From the human T2T-CHM13v2.0 reference genome, Homo sapiens, in assembly GCF_009914755.1 (NCBI RefSeq), contig NC_060939.1: DNA of 64,000 nucleotides. One strand, 5' to 3'. The notes beneath the pieces are model-generated. The model worked only from the letters and a program-made list of their open reading frames with translations. It made no database searches and had not been told where the DNA came from. Made by a program: the position numbers and the translations under genes. Of the stretch, positions 17,623 through 31,519 are shown one piece after another (within the stretch, counting starts at the first letter, position 1; the number at the start of each line of letters is the position of its first letter).

Positions 17623-18690
17623 ACATAACAGTTTTAGGACATGTGGATGAGGTTGAGAAGTTTTATTGTGTCTACACGTGCATACAAGCACAGCTGTATG
17701 GGAATAATTCTATTATAAAGTTGCATTATCCAGGAGGCTGGAACTAAATATACTATCCAATTTGAGCACAAAATCCAATTGGAATCATTTTTATATGCAG
17801 GCTGGTGTTCTCTTCTCATCCTTCAATGATTCAGCCATATCTATTGCTGCTGTTTCCTGGATGCTTGTCAATATCCTAATACGCGTCTTCTCTGGTATTT
17901 TTTTTTTTTATTTTGAAAGACAGAGAGCCTGGTCATTTTATTATACCTTTGAGCAATGCACATTGTATATTCTAGGTGCATTTCATGGAATTTAATGCTT
18001 CAGTGTTGATTCCATAAACTGTTTGGGGAAGTCTGGTAGGATGATGTAAGAATCTCATGCCCAAACACAGGTGTCTGTCTTGCTAGGCGTCCCTCTTGCA
18101 AGACCAATTTAACCTTTTATTTCTAGAACATGTTGTCTATTCCTTCACTAGTGGCCCTTTGCTTGCCCTTTCATCTGCCTAGAATCCCCTTCTTTTCTCT
18201 TCGAGTGCTATTATCCAAAAATCTTACCAAGAACTCTCCATCCCCTCAGAGTTAGCTTCTTCCACTGGGGCAAAGTAGGTATTTAGTAAGTTTTTACTGT
18301 GATACTTTGATCCCATTTGTGTTTAGTTTTATGTTTTCGATTCTTTGTGACACACATTTAAATGACAAGGGAAACTTTGAAATATATGATTACCTGGGTC
18401 AAACCCGAGATCAACTGAATCAGATCCTCTAGAGGTTAGGCCAAGGCAATGATCTTTAAGAGAAATGGCAAGAATCAAAACCTCCCTGAGTAATTCTAAT
18501 GTGTGTCCAGGATCAAGATAGCTCAGCTATAATGTCAATAGGCCAAATGTCACACCCACATAGTCCATTTCGCTTTGAATAAAGATGATTTAACCGATTA
18601 TTTCTTTAAAAAAAAATCCTTGCAATATTGTCAACAATGAGAATCCCTTGCCGTAAGGCACAAGACATACATACAATAAAATCCATCACC

Positions 18691-19004
<314 letters not shown>

Positions 19005-19441
19005 TTAATGCCAAGTCAGGGTTCTTGTCCTGTGTAAAGGTCATCTAAGTTATCAAATTGTGGGTGTGGGCATTAGAAGTGTGCATCAGAATATGGAAGG
19101 CTAGCATGAACAGTCTAGGCAGAACTCAGGATCATGAAAAAGTAGGATGTATGAACACAAAAATGAGTAAGGTTTGGTTGTGTTTGGGTCAGGTATTTAT
19201 GGACATAAGATCTGAGACTGGATTATCAGCTCAAGGTAGGAAGAAAAGGTAGGGCGTGAAGGCCAACGTAAGACCTTGATTCCAACTGAAACCCAGCAGG
19301 AGTCATAGCAAGTGAGTAATGGAGCCTCCAGCAGCAGACAGGCAAAGGTTCCTAAAGGCAGCAAGCTTGTGGCAGATAACACAAGGGACAGTGATAGAAG
19401 ACCTTTCTCCCCCCCTGCATGGAAGGACTGGCTTTGAGAAC

Positions 19442-19545
19442 AAGGCTGCCAAATCAAATATAAGATGCCCAGTTAAATTTTAATTCCAGATAAAAAACAA
19501 TTTTTTTTAGTGTGTGTCCCAAATATTGCACGAGATCTGCTGCCA
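19442..19545. mobile_element. MER53 (hAT) half-element
   Basis: gatgcccagttaaattttaattccagataaa..gtcccaaatattgca; second palindromic arm missing. Confidence 0.7.
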
Positions 19546-20429
19546 GGATTGGAAAGCTTGTGGGACAGGAGGAACTGTTCTGCTAATTCCTTCCTAATGG
19601 ACAATTCCTTCTCGCAGAGAGTACCCTTCTTCTTGTGTGTCCCACGTCCAGCTGGCTGTACCATCACCCAGTTGACTCTGATTAAATCAATTCAAATATT
19701 ATAGGAATGTTGTTAGTAGCAGATGGGCTTCATTTAGTTGTGGGAGTCTAGATTCAGTTTTCCAATGAGAGGAAGTCAGGAACTAAGCTTAAATCAGATC
19801 TGGCTGCATGTCTAAAATTGACTTAAGCAAATTTTTATAATTCTGGGGGGAAAACCCTAAAATTATTTGATTAATTTTTGTCCGTGTTTTCCATGTACAA
19901 ATATGAAGAGATTACTCTGAATGATGTACTTTACATTTTAAATCGTGGTTTAACCTTTTACACCTGAGGTCTCCTTAATCAACAGAAATCGACAGAAATG
20001 GCTTTTAACTTTCTATTGATTTAGCCATCTAATCAAAGCTCTTGGGAGTCTAATTCTAACCTCCTTCAGTTACTTATGAGTAAATCACCGGCTTCCTGGA
20101 GAAATGATGGTATAAGGAATACCAGAAGGTACAAGGTGCTATAGAACAAGAAAGAATGTAAAGACTAACAAAAACACACCAAAAGAAAACAGGCATTCTG
20201 CTTTAGCAGTGGGAATGCATTTAATCAATGAAATACACAGGTTCATTGAACTCAGAAAAGGGAATGCCAGGAAAAAAATAACTAAAACTCACGCTATCTT
20301 GTTTAAAATTGGTGTCTTTATTTGGCTCTTCCAGTAGAAACTATAGGGAAGGTGACCAAATAACTTTGAGTGGTGAAGAAAGCTCTTTATTATGTGAGAA
20401 AGCAGCTAATAATGGTCAAAATTAATCAT

Positions 20430-21300
20430 AAGATAGAACTAGAAAAATCATTTTTTCACCACCTAGGACAAAGGTTATTAAGTGATATTAAAACTGTTCC
20501 ATTGCATTCTTGGGGAACTGAGTATTTGCATAGAGCTAAAGTAATTCCACATAGACTATTTCCAATAAGTGAGGTGAAAATTCTAATTGTACGTGGAGGG
20601 GTAAATTATCATGACCCTAATTCAGCTGTTGATTTTCCATCACTAACCATCAGTCAACCAGATGTCATGCTTCCTGATGAGATGCAACATGAATTACACA
20701 ACATCACAGAGAATGAATGCTGGCAAAAAATATTTTGTGTGACTTCCAGCTTGCAAATCTAGCTGCCAATTTGTAGGAACTACAGGACCCAGAGGATTAA
20801 ACTGAGAAAGATTACAGGGACATAACCAGACACATCCAGAAGGTTGAATGTTTTCCCCAGGACAATCAGCTTGTGAATTTTGTTTTTTAATAATTTTGTG
20901 ATATGAATAAAGAAATAGGGGCAGGAGGTGGATTGTGCCAAGTGAAGAGAAACATAAAGGCCACCACCACCAAATCCATTGATTTGTCATGGATTTGGAT
21001 CCTGATTTGGACAAAAGGGAGTGGAGAAAACTCTTCAGACAATGAAGGAAATTTGTTGCATAAGATAAATTTTTGACATAAAATGATACACATTGTTAGC
21101 TTTAAAATATCATTTACAGTGTGAATTCATTTTGGTAAAGCCATAATGTTGTGTGTATATATGCAAAAAAGAGGGTCTGGAGGCACATCTGCTGGGGGTG
21201 GGCCATGCCATCATCTGGGTGGTAGAATACACCACTCTCTCAATCTTGTTAATCTTTGTTTTCTAACTTTACATAGGCATAATACAGCTTTTGAAATCAT
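20430..21300 (+). mobile_element. Old L1 (L1MC/ME) 3' remnant
   Basis: atgcttcctgatgagatgcaacatgaattacacaacatcac, ggatttggatcctgatttggac; boundaries approximate. Confidence 0.5.
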
Positions 21301-22309
21301 GAAAACTTATTTTTAATCAAAAGTTAAACAAAACAGGCATTCCTGATAAATATACCTATTCACGTTTTTAAAAAATTCATTATTTGATTTTGTTTTCCAG
21401 AACTTTGACTTAGGTTTTGAGCCAAATGCATTCTCCTTAGAGTTTCTGAAAGGTTCAAACAACATGTTTTCCCTCCTTTTGATTTCATATAGTTTTCCAA
21501 CCTAGCCTGGGAAAAAAATCTTTTCTAAATCCCTTGAGAAAACTCTATTTTCATTGAACTTCTGATCCTACCAGAAGCAATATTTGTAAAGAGAAGTCTG
21601 TTGCTTCTCCTTACAAATTCAGTCTGATGTTAGATCAAAGAAATTCAGATAAACATTGGGGCAATAAGTTTCAAGTTCAAAATAAATCCCTAATTTAAAC
21701 TTCTCAAGAAGTTTTTTCAAGCTTTTACATAACTATAACAAAAGCTTCAGGAAACAGAATGAAAGATAAGTTTAACAGAAACAGGAATAACCTTTGTAAA
21801 AGTTTCCAAAACCTTAATGAGCTTTATTAACATGTTTAATGAGGGAATAATATAATATCACTATTAAGGATGACTGAGAACTGAGACAAGGAAGACTGAA
21901 TAGATTCAGAAATATGTGGAAGTTACAGTTTTAAGACTTATGTAAAAGTTTTCATGGAAGGTAATAATAATATTTTTCCGGTGTGTGTATAGTCGATGGT
22001 TTTGTTTTTCCAACAGTAGCTATCACAGGGCATTGCAAAGAAGGATGTACACAATACATATTCAATGAATTTTATTCAACTGAACAAGGAGAATTTTCTG
22101 TACTGCATATTAAAGTGGTTTCCACCCAACTGTTTGAAAATGAAAAAATGTAGTTGGGCAGTATTCATGTCTAAAAATTGCTAACAGCTATTTTTACATT
22201 TTATGGATATATTCATTATATTGAGTGTTTCTTTTGGTAGCATGTAGATAGCAGTTAAATGTAACCTTGAAGGTAACTCGATCTTGTAATATAAAGTATT
22301 AACATCAAC

Positions 22310-22630
22310 TATAAGCCCACGATGCCTTGTCCAAATCTCCTATAGCCAGATATATTTGGAAATTAGAAAATGTTGGACTTAAAAAAGTAATATGGCACCT
22401 ATAACCATGTATATCACACCTAGCAACATCTAAGAGAACACCATGCAATCCAACACATCAATAGTTCTGCAGTGAAATACATCAATATCCAGAAGTGGAA
22501 TAAATAAAACCTATAAATAGATTTCCATTTGTTCATATCAGGCTTTGCTGGCTGATGAGTTTTGGTGCCGAATTTATAAACAGCTTGGAGCTTTCAGAGC
22601 TTTAAGGATTTCAAAATTGCAGTTAAGTAC
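22310..22630 (+). mobile_element. MER46C-like TcMar-Tigger fossil
   Basis: aacacatcaatagttctgcagtgaaa..aagtggaataaataaaacctataaatag..tttcagagctttaaggatttcaaaattgc. Confidence 0.75.
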
Positions 22631-24053
22631 TAGTAGTGTGAACTAGTATTATTAATCAATAATTGGTTAGAAGATAATTCTACTCCGTTTTGAGCTAAAA
22701 CATACAGAACCATTTCACTGCTTAGACAACAGTGTTTTGGGATGTGTTTTAAATATACCATTGCCCTAACAATGGTTTGGACTTGATTTTTGTATATTAC
22801 CTGTTGAGAATGTAGAGACAATGATTAGTGAAAATTCTGACCACAGGATTCAAGAGCGCACAGGTCAACACGGGGTGGCAGAGCCAAGCAGAGAGCCTGG
22901 CCAGCTCTGGGACTGCTTTGCTCCATCACAGATCACCAGCCAGTTCCTGAGTGCGGCAGCAGAGCTGGACAGGTCTCTGGCTAGACCAGTGTGCCTTTTG
23001 TGATATTCTCACTGCTCCTTGGAGTCAGTTGGCTATTCTATGAGTAAGTGGACAACTTATGCCATTATTAGAATAATTAAAATAAAGTACATCCTCAGAC
23101 AATGAATGATTTCCAATGAATGTCTCTGAAGAATAAAGTAACATTCAAATGATCTAATGTTCAGACAGTTGTATTTTAAGTAAATACTATAAATATCATA
23201 TTGGTTATTAAAATTCATATTGGGCATAAAAGCTTTGCCATGTGAGAAAAATTAATTCACTCTCTGAAACCCCAATTATATAAATGCTTACCGCTTTTAG
23301 GGAGAGTTAAAGGTGGTACCATAAAATCCTCTGATACTGGAAATATAAAAAGAACTCCTTCCCCAAGCGTGATCTATGGATAAGGTTAACTCTACATTAT
23401 ATTTCACAAATTTCAGCCTTTTCTTTGTCAAATGGTCAAAAAGAAAGGTAGGACTCAAAACAGACCTAGAAATAGGACAAAGTATGAAGAAATATATAAA
23501 CTTATTAGAGACAGGAAAATTGGGAAAGATGTGAAAACATCTTCCACCTAGGGAGCAGAAGGAGGATGCCTGTCTCCGCTGTCTCTTCCAAACTACCAAG
23601 TGAGGGCAACGGCTTCGATGGGGAGGAAGGACAAAGAGCTGGCATGAGCACAGGGAACTCTGAGTCTGTGAGGGCTTTCAGAGTGGGGCTGTCTCTCTTG
23701 GGGGAGACATCCTTGGTTTTGTAGAGATAGAGATGGCCCAGGAGGACAAGCAAAGAGCAGGTTTTGCTTGGGCATTGGGCAGATCCTCCATGTGTGCTTA
23801 CTCAGGAGGGCAGCAGCTGCCCTCACGCAGAAAGCATGTGCCCCTGAGTGAAATGCCCTTTGTGTCTCATGCCCTGGGACTCTCGGAACCATGGCAGAGC
23901 TGCAGGAGCATGGGGAACTTTCTCCCTGAAGTAAACATGACCTGGTAGACAAGAAACACAAGTCAAGAGAATTCTTCAAGAACACCAAAGAGGAAAAGAA
24001 TTTACTGGTTAACCACAATTAATGCTTTTAAAATGAGGCTTGGAAATCCCTTC

Positions 24054-24528
24054 TGTGGCAAGGGATTGCAGACCCAAGGCATCTGCATCCTAATCCCTGA
24101 AGCCTGTGACTATGTGACTTTACATGGCAAATGGACTTTGTAAATGTGTTTGAGTTAAGGATCTGGTGATGGGGAGATGATCCCGGATTATCTGTGTGTG
24201 CCCAGTGTCATCACAACGGTCCTTGAAAGCAGGAAACCTTTCCTGGCTGGTCAGAGAGTGCCTGAAGACACCAGAAGAAGGGTCAGAGAGATGGTGTAAT
24301 TTGGCTTTGAAGATGGAGGGCCACCTTGAGAGGCTTGAAGAGGCAAGAGAACAGATTCTCTCCTGGAGCTTCCTAAAGGAACGTAACCCTGCTGATATGT
24401 CAATTTGATTCCATTCCAACCCATTTCAGCCTATTGACCTCCATAACTGCAATATAAAAAATGTGTGTTGTTTTAAGCCACTGTTTGTGGTGATTAGTTA
24501 GTTATGGAAGCAATAGGAAACTAATACA
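24054..24528 (+). mobile_element. MaLR LTR (MLT1D/E-like)
   Basis: tcctaatccctgaagcctgtgactatgtg..ttacatggcaaa..gcaataggaaactaataca. Confidence 0.88.
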
Positions 24529-24765
24529 TCCACCTCTCAATCACTCTGCCCAGGTGTACAATTATTCATGGGAACTGGAGTGGGCTGCTGGGTGGAGGGG
24601 CTTGTTTCTTTATCAGAGAGTCCTTTCCAGTGTTGGAGCCTTCTTTAGGGAACTCTTGTCACCACCCTTCCAAACCTGTTATATTTTCCGGCATCACCCA
24701 AAATAATATAATTTCTCTTTTCTCAGTGAAAAGATGGTTGTTGGTTTTTTATTAGAAGTGATTGT

Positions 24766-26039
24766 TCATATCCTCTGCCCACTTCTTGATGGGGTTGCTT
24801 GTTTTATTTCTTGTAAATTTGTTTAAGTTCCTTGTAGATTCTAGACATTAGACCTTTGTCAGACAGGTAGATTGCAAAAATTTTCTCCCATTCTGTAGGT
24901 TGCCTGTTCACTCTGATGATAGTTTCTTTTGTTGTACAAAGCTCTTTAGTTTAATTAGATCTCATTTGTCAATTTTGGCTTTTGTTGCAGTTGCTTTTGG
25001 TGTTTTCGTCATAAAGTCTTGGCCCACGCCTTTGTACTAAATGGTATTGCCTAAGTTTTCTTCTAGGGTTTTTATGGTTTGGGGTTTTACATTTCAGTCT
25101 TTAATCCATCTTGAGTTAATTCTCATATAAGGTGTAAGGCAGGGGTCTGGTTTCAGTTTTCTGCATATGGCTAGCCAGTTTTCCCAGTGGGCAAAGGATA
25201 TGAACAGACACTTCTCAAAAGAAGACATTTATGCAGCCAACAAACATATGAAAAAAAGCTCATCATCACTGATCACTAGAGAAATGCAAATCAAAACCAC
25301 AATGAGATAAACATCTCATGCCAGTCAGAATGGCGATTATTAAAAAGTCAAGAAACAACAGATACTGGAGAGGCTGTGGAGAAATAGAAATGCTTTTACA
25401 CAGTTGGTGGGAATGTAAATTAGCTAAACCATTGTGGAAGACAGTGTGACAATTCCTCAAGGATCTAGAACCAGAAATACCATTTGACCCAGCAATCTTA
25501 TTACTGGATATATACCCAAAGGAATATAAATCATTCTACTATAAAGACACATGCACACGTATGTTTATTGCAGCAGTATTTACAATAGCAAAGACATGGA
25601 ACCAACCCAAATGCCCATCAATGATAGAATGGATAAAGAAAATGTGGTGCATATACACCATGGAATACTATGCAGCCATGAAAAAGAATGAGGTCATGTC
25701 CTTTACAGGGACATGGATGAAGCTGGAAGCCATCATCCTCAGCAAACTAACACAGGAACAGAAAACCAAACACCACATGTTCTCACTCATAAATCGTAGT
25801 TGAACAATGAGAACACATAGACACAGGGAGGGGAACAACACACACCAGGGCCTATCAGGGGGTGGGGGGGCAAGGGGAGGGAGAGCATTAGGACAAATAC
25901 CTAATACATGTGGGGCTTAATACCTAGATGATGGGTTGATAGATGCAGCAAACCACCATGGCCCACGTACACCTATGTAAAAATCCTCCACGTTCTGCAC
26001 ATGTATCCTGAACTTAAAGTAAAATGAAATAAAATGAAA
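24766..26039 (+). mobile_element. L1PA (PA8-like), 5'-truncated with 5' inversion
   Basis: Antisense ORF2 segment 24766-25187, sense ORF2 end plus 3'UTR 25186-26039; TSD tagaagtgattgt (24753-24765, 26040-26052); ORF 25561-25803 translates as the ORF2p C-terminus (MFIAAVFTIAKTWNQPKCPSM). Confidence 0.95.
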
Positions 26040-27902
26040 TAGAAGTGATTGTGCATGTGTTGGACTATACACAGTTCATTTTCAGCAGCTATTGGCTGGG
26101 CAATTGGACAAGTGACTGCATTTTGGTTTTCTATTCTGTAAAGTGAGGGGATAATAATTAGAAACCCACAGTATCATTCAGAGGATAAAATTAATTAATA
26201 TAGAAGAATATGACTTGTAAACTTCCAAGTGTTGAAAAGTTCTGTTTGTATATCTATCAATTAATTATTTTTCCACACAGCATTTAAAATACTTGTAGGC
26301 AGTTGTGACATAGGTTCTTTAGTTCACATAGCTGTAACCACTTCAACTGTATCCAATACATATGATTTCTAGTCCATTTGCCAATGATACATACCTTTTC
26401 TATTTAACCATTACAAGTTTTTCCATGGGAAATTTTATATAAACTAAGGATCACAGAAAATGTAGAACTGCATGTTCCTATTTCATTGAACACCTCTAGC
26501 AAAAGGGTTACTGAGGACACCTGCATCCAATATCTTGAAGCCAGGGATCATCTTACTGGCATAACCCCAGAGCTGACGGCAGGCTCTGACCCGGGCTGAT
26601 GCTTTCGTGTTTGTTGTCTTGTGAACCTTGAGGGGCAGGAGCAGCAGCTGCCAGAGGCTCTGGCAGGCTGGAATCCTCAGCCTGGTCACCGGTGGTTCTC
26701 ACTGCCTGATCCTCTGTCCCAATTTCTGACCCTTGCCTTTCTTAACTCTGAAACATAACTGTGGCAAAGGAAGAACACAAAAACTTGCTGCAGGAGGTTT
26801 TCTTTCATGATACTTTGTGGGAAAAATAGAGATTTGACCTCTGTACTTGAAACCCACTCAGCACCAAGGCCATCCTTCCCTGGGACACTTGTGTTTCCTC
26901 CAGGCCATTTCCAGTGTTTCCTCCAGGGCATTTCCAACGAAAGAAGCTAGGAATGCATATGGCATCTGTGCACTGGGATGGGGGATCAGGGACACTGGGT
27001 CACCCATGTGTCCAGAAGATTGATTCATGCTGCCAGGAGCAAAGGACATGATTGACGCTGGGGAGCTTTTCAAGGGAGGGGAGCAGGACAAACATGTAAT
27101 AAACTTGAGGTTTGAAGAAGCCCTGCCTCAGTGAGAGGACTGCTTGCCCCCAAGAATACAGTTAAAGATATATTTTTTTATGACCTCGGTCTTGTTTAGG
27201 CAATGACTATAAATTCCTTGCTGAGTAAGAACTGCAAAAATCACAATGTTGATGAGTTTGGAAAAGTTTCCAAGACTTCCAGCATCCTCGAGACTTGACA
27301 ACTGACCTGTAGCATTGCCTTTGGTAGCAGAGTTAATGATTATGAATATGAATAAAAAGGAAAAACTGAATAAAAATAAATCAATTAGAGGACATTCTCA
27401 CTTGTTACATTTGCATTGAATATATTCCTTTGGCCATAAAATTCTCCATTTGTCACATGCATTATGCCAGAAAGAAAAGTTATATATATATTTTTCTCCC
27501 AAAGCAGGTCTTAATGTTAAAACATGCTTTTTAAATGTCTTTCTCAGAATCAGGTAAAGTCACAGGTGGATATGCAATGAGATGGTATAAAGTCAGTGAC
27601 TGTGTTTTCTGCAATGCAATGGTGTTGAACCGGGTCATACGGTGAGTCTCGCATATGGATATGGACTGGGTGATCACACTCATGTTTTAATTCTCTTTCT
27701 ATAGATTTGAGAAATAATAATTGAGCATTAGAAAAGACACCATATTACATACAATGAGAGCAATAAAGGAATTTTAAGTGTTGACCCCTTCCTTCAAGGA
27801 GCTCAAACAGACCACTGAAAAGGCAAAGAAGCAAGCAGGAAAGTGTTAGAGAACAGCAAGTCAAGAAACCTGCCAAGGTGTTCATCACGAAATGACTGCT
27901 CT

Positions 27903-27943
27903 GGTGGGCAGGCTGATGAAGGGGTGGGCAGGCTGATGAAGGG
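27903..27943. repeat. Perfect 20-bp tandem duplication
   Basis: ggtgggcaggctgatgaagg twice. Confidence 0.95.
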
Positions 27944-28331
27944 TAAAGGTGGTTTGCTTAGCCTAGCTCTTCACTGTTGCCTAATGAGAAGAGTTTCTGG
28001 GTCTGTAGAGGTCTCTCCACCATGGAACTCCATAGGAACTCTGGGTAATAGACCCTGTTGGTTCAGGATTGGAGTTGGTGCCTCTAGCATTACTAGGTGT
28101 TTCCCACAATCTGGTTGAGCTACATTGCTGATTTAGCTGATGGCACATTCCTGTGCATTTGTTTCTGCAGTGTCTTTGTATACTAGACTACTGTAGAGCT
28201 AGAATCCCTGACTGCATCTCCCAGGAAGGCCTTCAGGCACACCAGCCTAGGCTTTAAAACAGTGTCACTTTATTGTGAAAACCAGTACTTTATGTGTTTT
28301 CCTTAAATTTACCATTTCAGAACTTTACTCC

Positions 28332-28703
28332 TGATATGGTTTGGGTGTGTCCCCACCCAAATCTCATCTTGAACTGTAGTTCCTATAATCCCCACATGTT
28401 GTGGGAGGGACCCAGTGGGAGGTAATTGAATCATGGGGGTGGTTTCCTCCATGCTGTTCTCATGATGGTGAGTTCTCATGAGATCTGATGGTTTTATAAG
28501 GGGCTCTCACCCCCGTCACTCTGCACTTCTCCTTGCTGCCACCATGTGAAGAAGGATGTGTTTGTTTCCCCTTCCACCATGATTGCAAGTTTCCTGAGGC
28601 CTTCCCAGTTCTGCGGCACTGTGAGTCAATAAAATCTTCTTCCTTTATAAATTACCCAGTCTTGGATTTGTCTTTATTAGAAGCGTGAGAATAGACTAAT
28701 ACA
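28332..28703 (+). mobile_element. THE1C/D solo LTR
   Basis: tgatatggtttgggtgtgtccccacccaaatctcatcttgaactgtag..gactaataca. Confidence 0.95.
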
Positions 28704-28741
28704 GCTTAAAAGTCTCTCAAAATGTGAACATGGACCCAAAC

Positions 28742-28981
28742 TTTTTTTTTTTTTTGAGACAGAGTCTCTCTCTGGAGTGCTGTGGTGCAATCTCGGCTCA
28801 CTGCAACCTCTGCCTCTCAGATTCAAGCAATTGTCCTGCCTCAGCCTCCTGAGTAGCTGGGATTACAGGCGCATGCCACCACGCCTGGCTAATTTTTGTA
28901 TTTTTAGTAAACAGGGTTTCACCATGTGGGTCAGGCTGGTCTCAAACTCCTGACCTCGTGATCCGCCCACCTTGGCCTCCC
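28742..28981 (-). mobile_element. AluS, 5'-truncated
   Basis: Poly-T, right arm, left arm to ttggcctccc; no TSD seen. Confidence 0.9.
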
Positions 28982-30061
28982 ATAAAGATGCTGTCATTTA
29001 CTAATAACCTACATGTGGGAAGGAGAGAGTGGGAGAACAAAAGAAAAAGTGAGGGAGGGAAAACCCCAGTGAGTGCATGCAATACTCAGGCGATGTCCTC
29101 TTCCTCAACTGCTCAGCACCTTCACAAAGTGACCCAGGCCTTTCATACACCTTTACATGGAAAACATAGGCTGAAAGTGTCTGGCAATTTGAGTATGATG
29201 CCAAGGTCTTTGCCCAAGAACCTCCTTTCTCCATGGTTAAGAGGTGTTGTTGCATTTCTGGAGAATTTTGTTTTCTTTATCTGTGCTCAGGAATCCTTTG
29301 CAGCACGGGAGAGCTTGAGAGAGAAGGGTCTTGTGGCAGCAGGTGTCAAGGACTGCTGACGAGGGAAAGGTGACTGTATTCTTCACTGGACTTGCTGTGC
29401 TTATGAAAAAAATGTGGTTCCTAGGGACGTGGTGTCTCACGGGCACTCATCTCTTTCAGGGGTGCTGACCTTTTGACTAGGCCACCAATATAGCCAAACC
29501 ATTGATAACCCCAAATCCTTGAAGTGTCAAAGCCATATAAGCTGAAACTGGACCTTAAAGCTCAGCCCCTCCAGCAGAGAGCATCTGGAAAGAGCCAGAA
29601 ATGTTACACCACCAAGTCCTGTAGATAGAAAAGTACCAACCAACTGGCTGCACCCAGTTTGAAGAGTATTCTGGAAGACATGAGCAGTGTGGGGTGGCAG
29701 AGACTATCCACAGAAACCAATGATAAGATGGTAAACCCAGTTCCAGGAGAGAGGATTCCCACACTACACTTAGTTAATAGACTTTTTGTTGTTGTTTCTA
29801 CTACTTTCAATAAGAAAAGTAGAAATTAATATTAAAACCCTACTATAAAATATCTAAAACTACAACAACACTTTTTAAACTATGGAAAATGGCATACATC
29901 TCTCACTGATAGGATGGATCCACCACTCCCAATGATTCCTTGATTGCTCTCTGATTTGGTGGGCTGGGTGGGCTCCATCCACAGACTATTACAACAGACC
30001 TTCTATTGCCTCAAAGGCTGTCCTGAAAACTTGTCTGTCTGGCAATTCACAACAAATGCTT

Positions 30062-30300
30062 CACGATCTTGGGTCACTGCAACCTCTGCCTCCCGGGTTC
30101 AAGTAATTCCCCTGCCTCAGCCTCCTGAATAGCTGGGACTAGAGGTGCCTGCCACCACACCTGGCTAATTTTTTGTATTTTTAGTAGAGACAGGGTTTCA
30201 CCGTATTAGCCAGGAGGGTCTCGATCTCCTGATCTCATGATCTGCCCACCTCAGCCTCCCAAAGTGCTGGGATTACAGGCATGGACCACCACACCTGGCC
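30062..30300 (-). mobile_element. Alu (Sc/Y-like) lacking its 3' end and tail
   Basis: Begins at cacgatcttgggtcactgcaacc, ends acacctggcc. Confidence 0.9.
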
Positions 30301-31315
30301 AGAAAAATATGTTTAATTTATAAAATAACTATTAAAAGCTTTAAAAACAAAGACTGTCAAGGGAAACAACATTCTCCTCCAATGTTCATACTTGGTTCAA
30401 TAAACATTTGTTATGCCCTTACCGTAAGTCACATGTAGAAAGAAGAGCAGAGCATGTGAACCAGAGACATTAATTACCCTGGAAGACCCAAGATTACTTT
30501 CCTCTAATGAAGGACACCCACCAGGAAGTGCATGAATGCAAAGAACCACCAAGTGAGGCATTTCTTTTGTCATCAAAAGACAATGTTTTAGAGAGAATGT
30601 TTACTAGGACAGTCATATTTATTAATACAGGTCTCCATAATATGACACTCATACCTAGAAGTATGGCATTTGTCTATACACTCAGGAGAATTTCCTAAGT
30701 ATTGCGGTGCTGTAATAACAAGCAGTAGCTATGGAGTGGCTGCCATTCCAAGTGCACACAATGGCAGCACTGGACCTTGGCAGTGGCTGCTGGAGATGTA
30801 TCATTTGCTGGGCAGTTCTGCCCGTCTTAACTGGAGCAAATGTAATGGCCACATCTGTGTCTGTGAATGTGTTGTTCAAGCAATCCTGAGGTAAGAATTT
30901 GGAGTGACAGAGATCCTTGTTTCCTTTAAAGTGAAAGCTCTGATATCCTAAAGCTCCATAAACACTCTCCTACAGCTGGGTGTCCCATCGTGTTGCAAGC
31001 ATTTCGACACCACAAAGTGTAGCCTCCTTCGTTGCTTAATCTTCCCACATTCTGGATCCTGTTTGTCGGAAAGGTGGTAAGAAAATGCAATTTCCTTTTA
31101 CCTACGGAGGGGTCTAAAGGGATTTGAATGCCATTGGCTTGCTGGGTTTCAGAGGTCTAGTCTGAGATTCCAGCTAATTGATGATAAATATAGGGCATTT
31201 GGTCCCCGGACTTCACACGGCCTTCCATCAATAAGTCTGCATCCTGGGTTTCTTTGCAACACTGCACAATCCCTCCACCCCTTTCTCTTCAAACTCCCTC
31301 AGGTCCTCTCATGAG

Positions 31316-31519
31316 CCACCCTCTGGAAGGACTTCTTACCCTTCAGAAACAGGTTTTCCCTGTTAGTAACAGGAAGAAAGGGAGAGGCAAACTCCAGAGC
31401 CCCGAGTCACAGCCCACAACATGCAGACCCAAGCATGGCTCACCTCAGAGGAGAGCCACGTGCTGCCAGCACAGCCCTCAGGGGGATTGGGTTCACCTGA
31501 AATCATTACAGGTAGGTTT
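31316..31519 (+). repeat. Dispersed direct repeat copy A (unique-looking sequence)
   Basis: About 90% identical to 33311-33513 by manual alignment. Confidence 0.95.

Noticed and set aside
25561-25803. ORF with real protein similarity
   Set aside because: It is the L1 ORF2p C-terminus of a truncated, inverted element, not a host gene; the same applies to 44777-45019 and 55404-55601.
26648-26666. Perfect 9-bp inverted repeat ctgccagag-g-ctctggcag
   Set aside because: Too short to exceed chance in 64 kb; no RNA-gene context.
27332-27344. HNF1-like site gttaatgattatg near a TATA-like tataaat at 27208
   Set aside because: Imperfect single motifs in AT-rich DNA; no downstream gene evidence.
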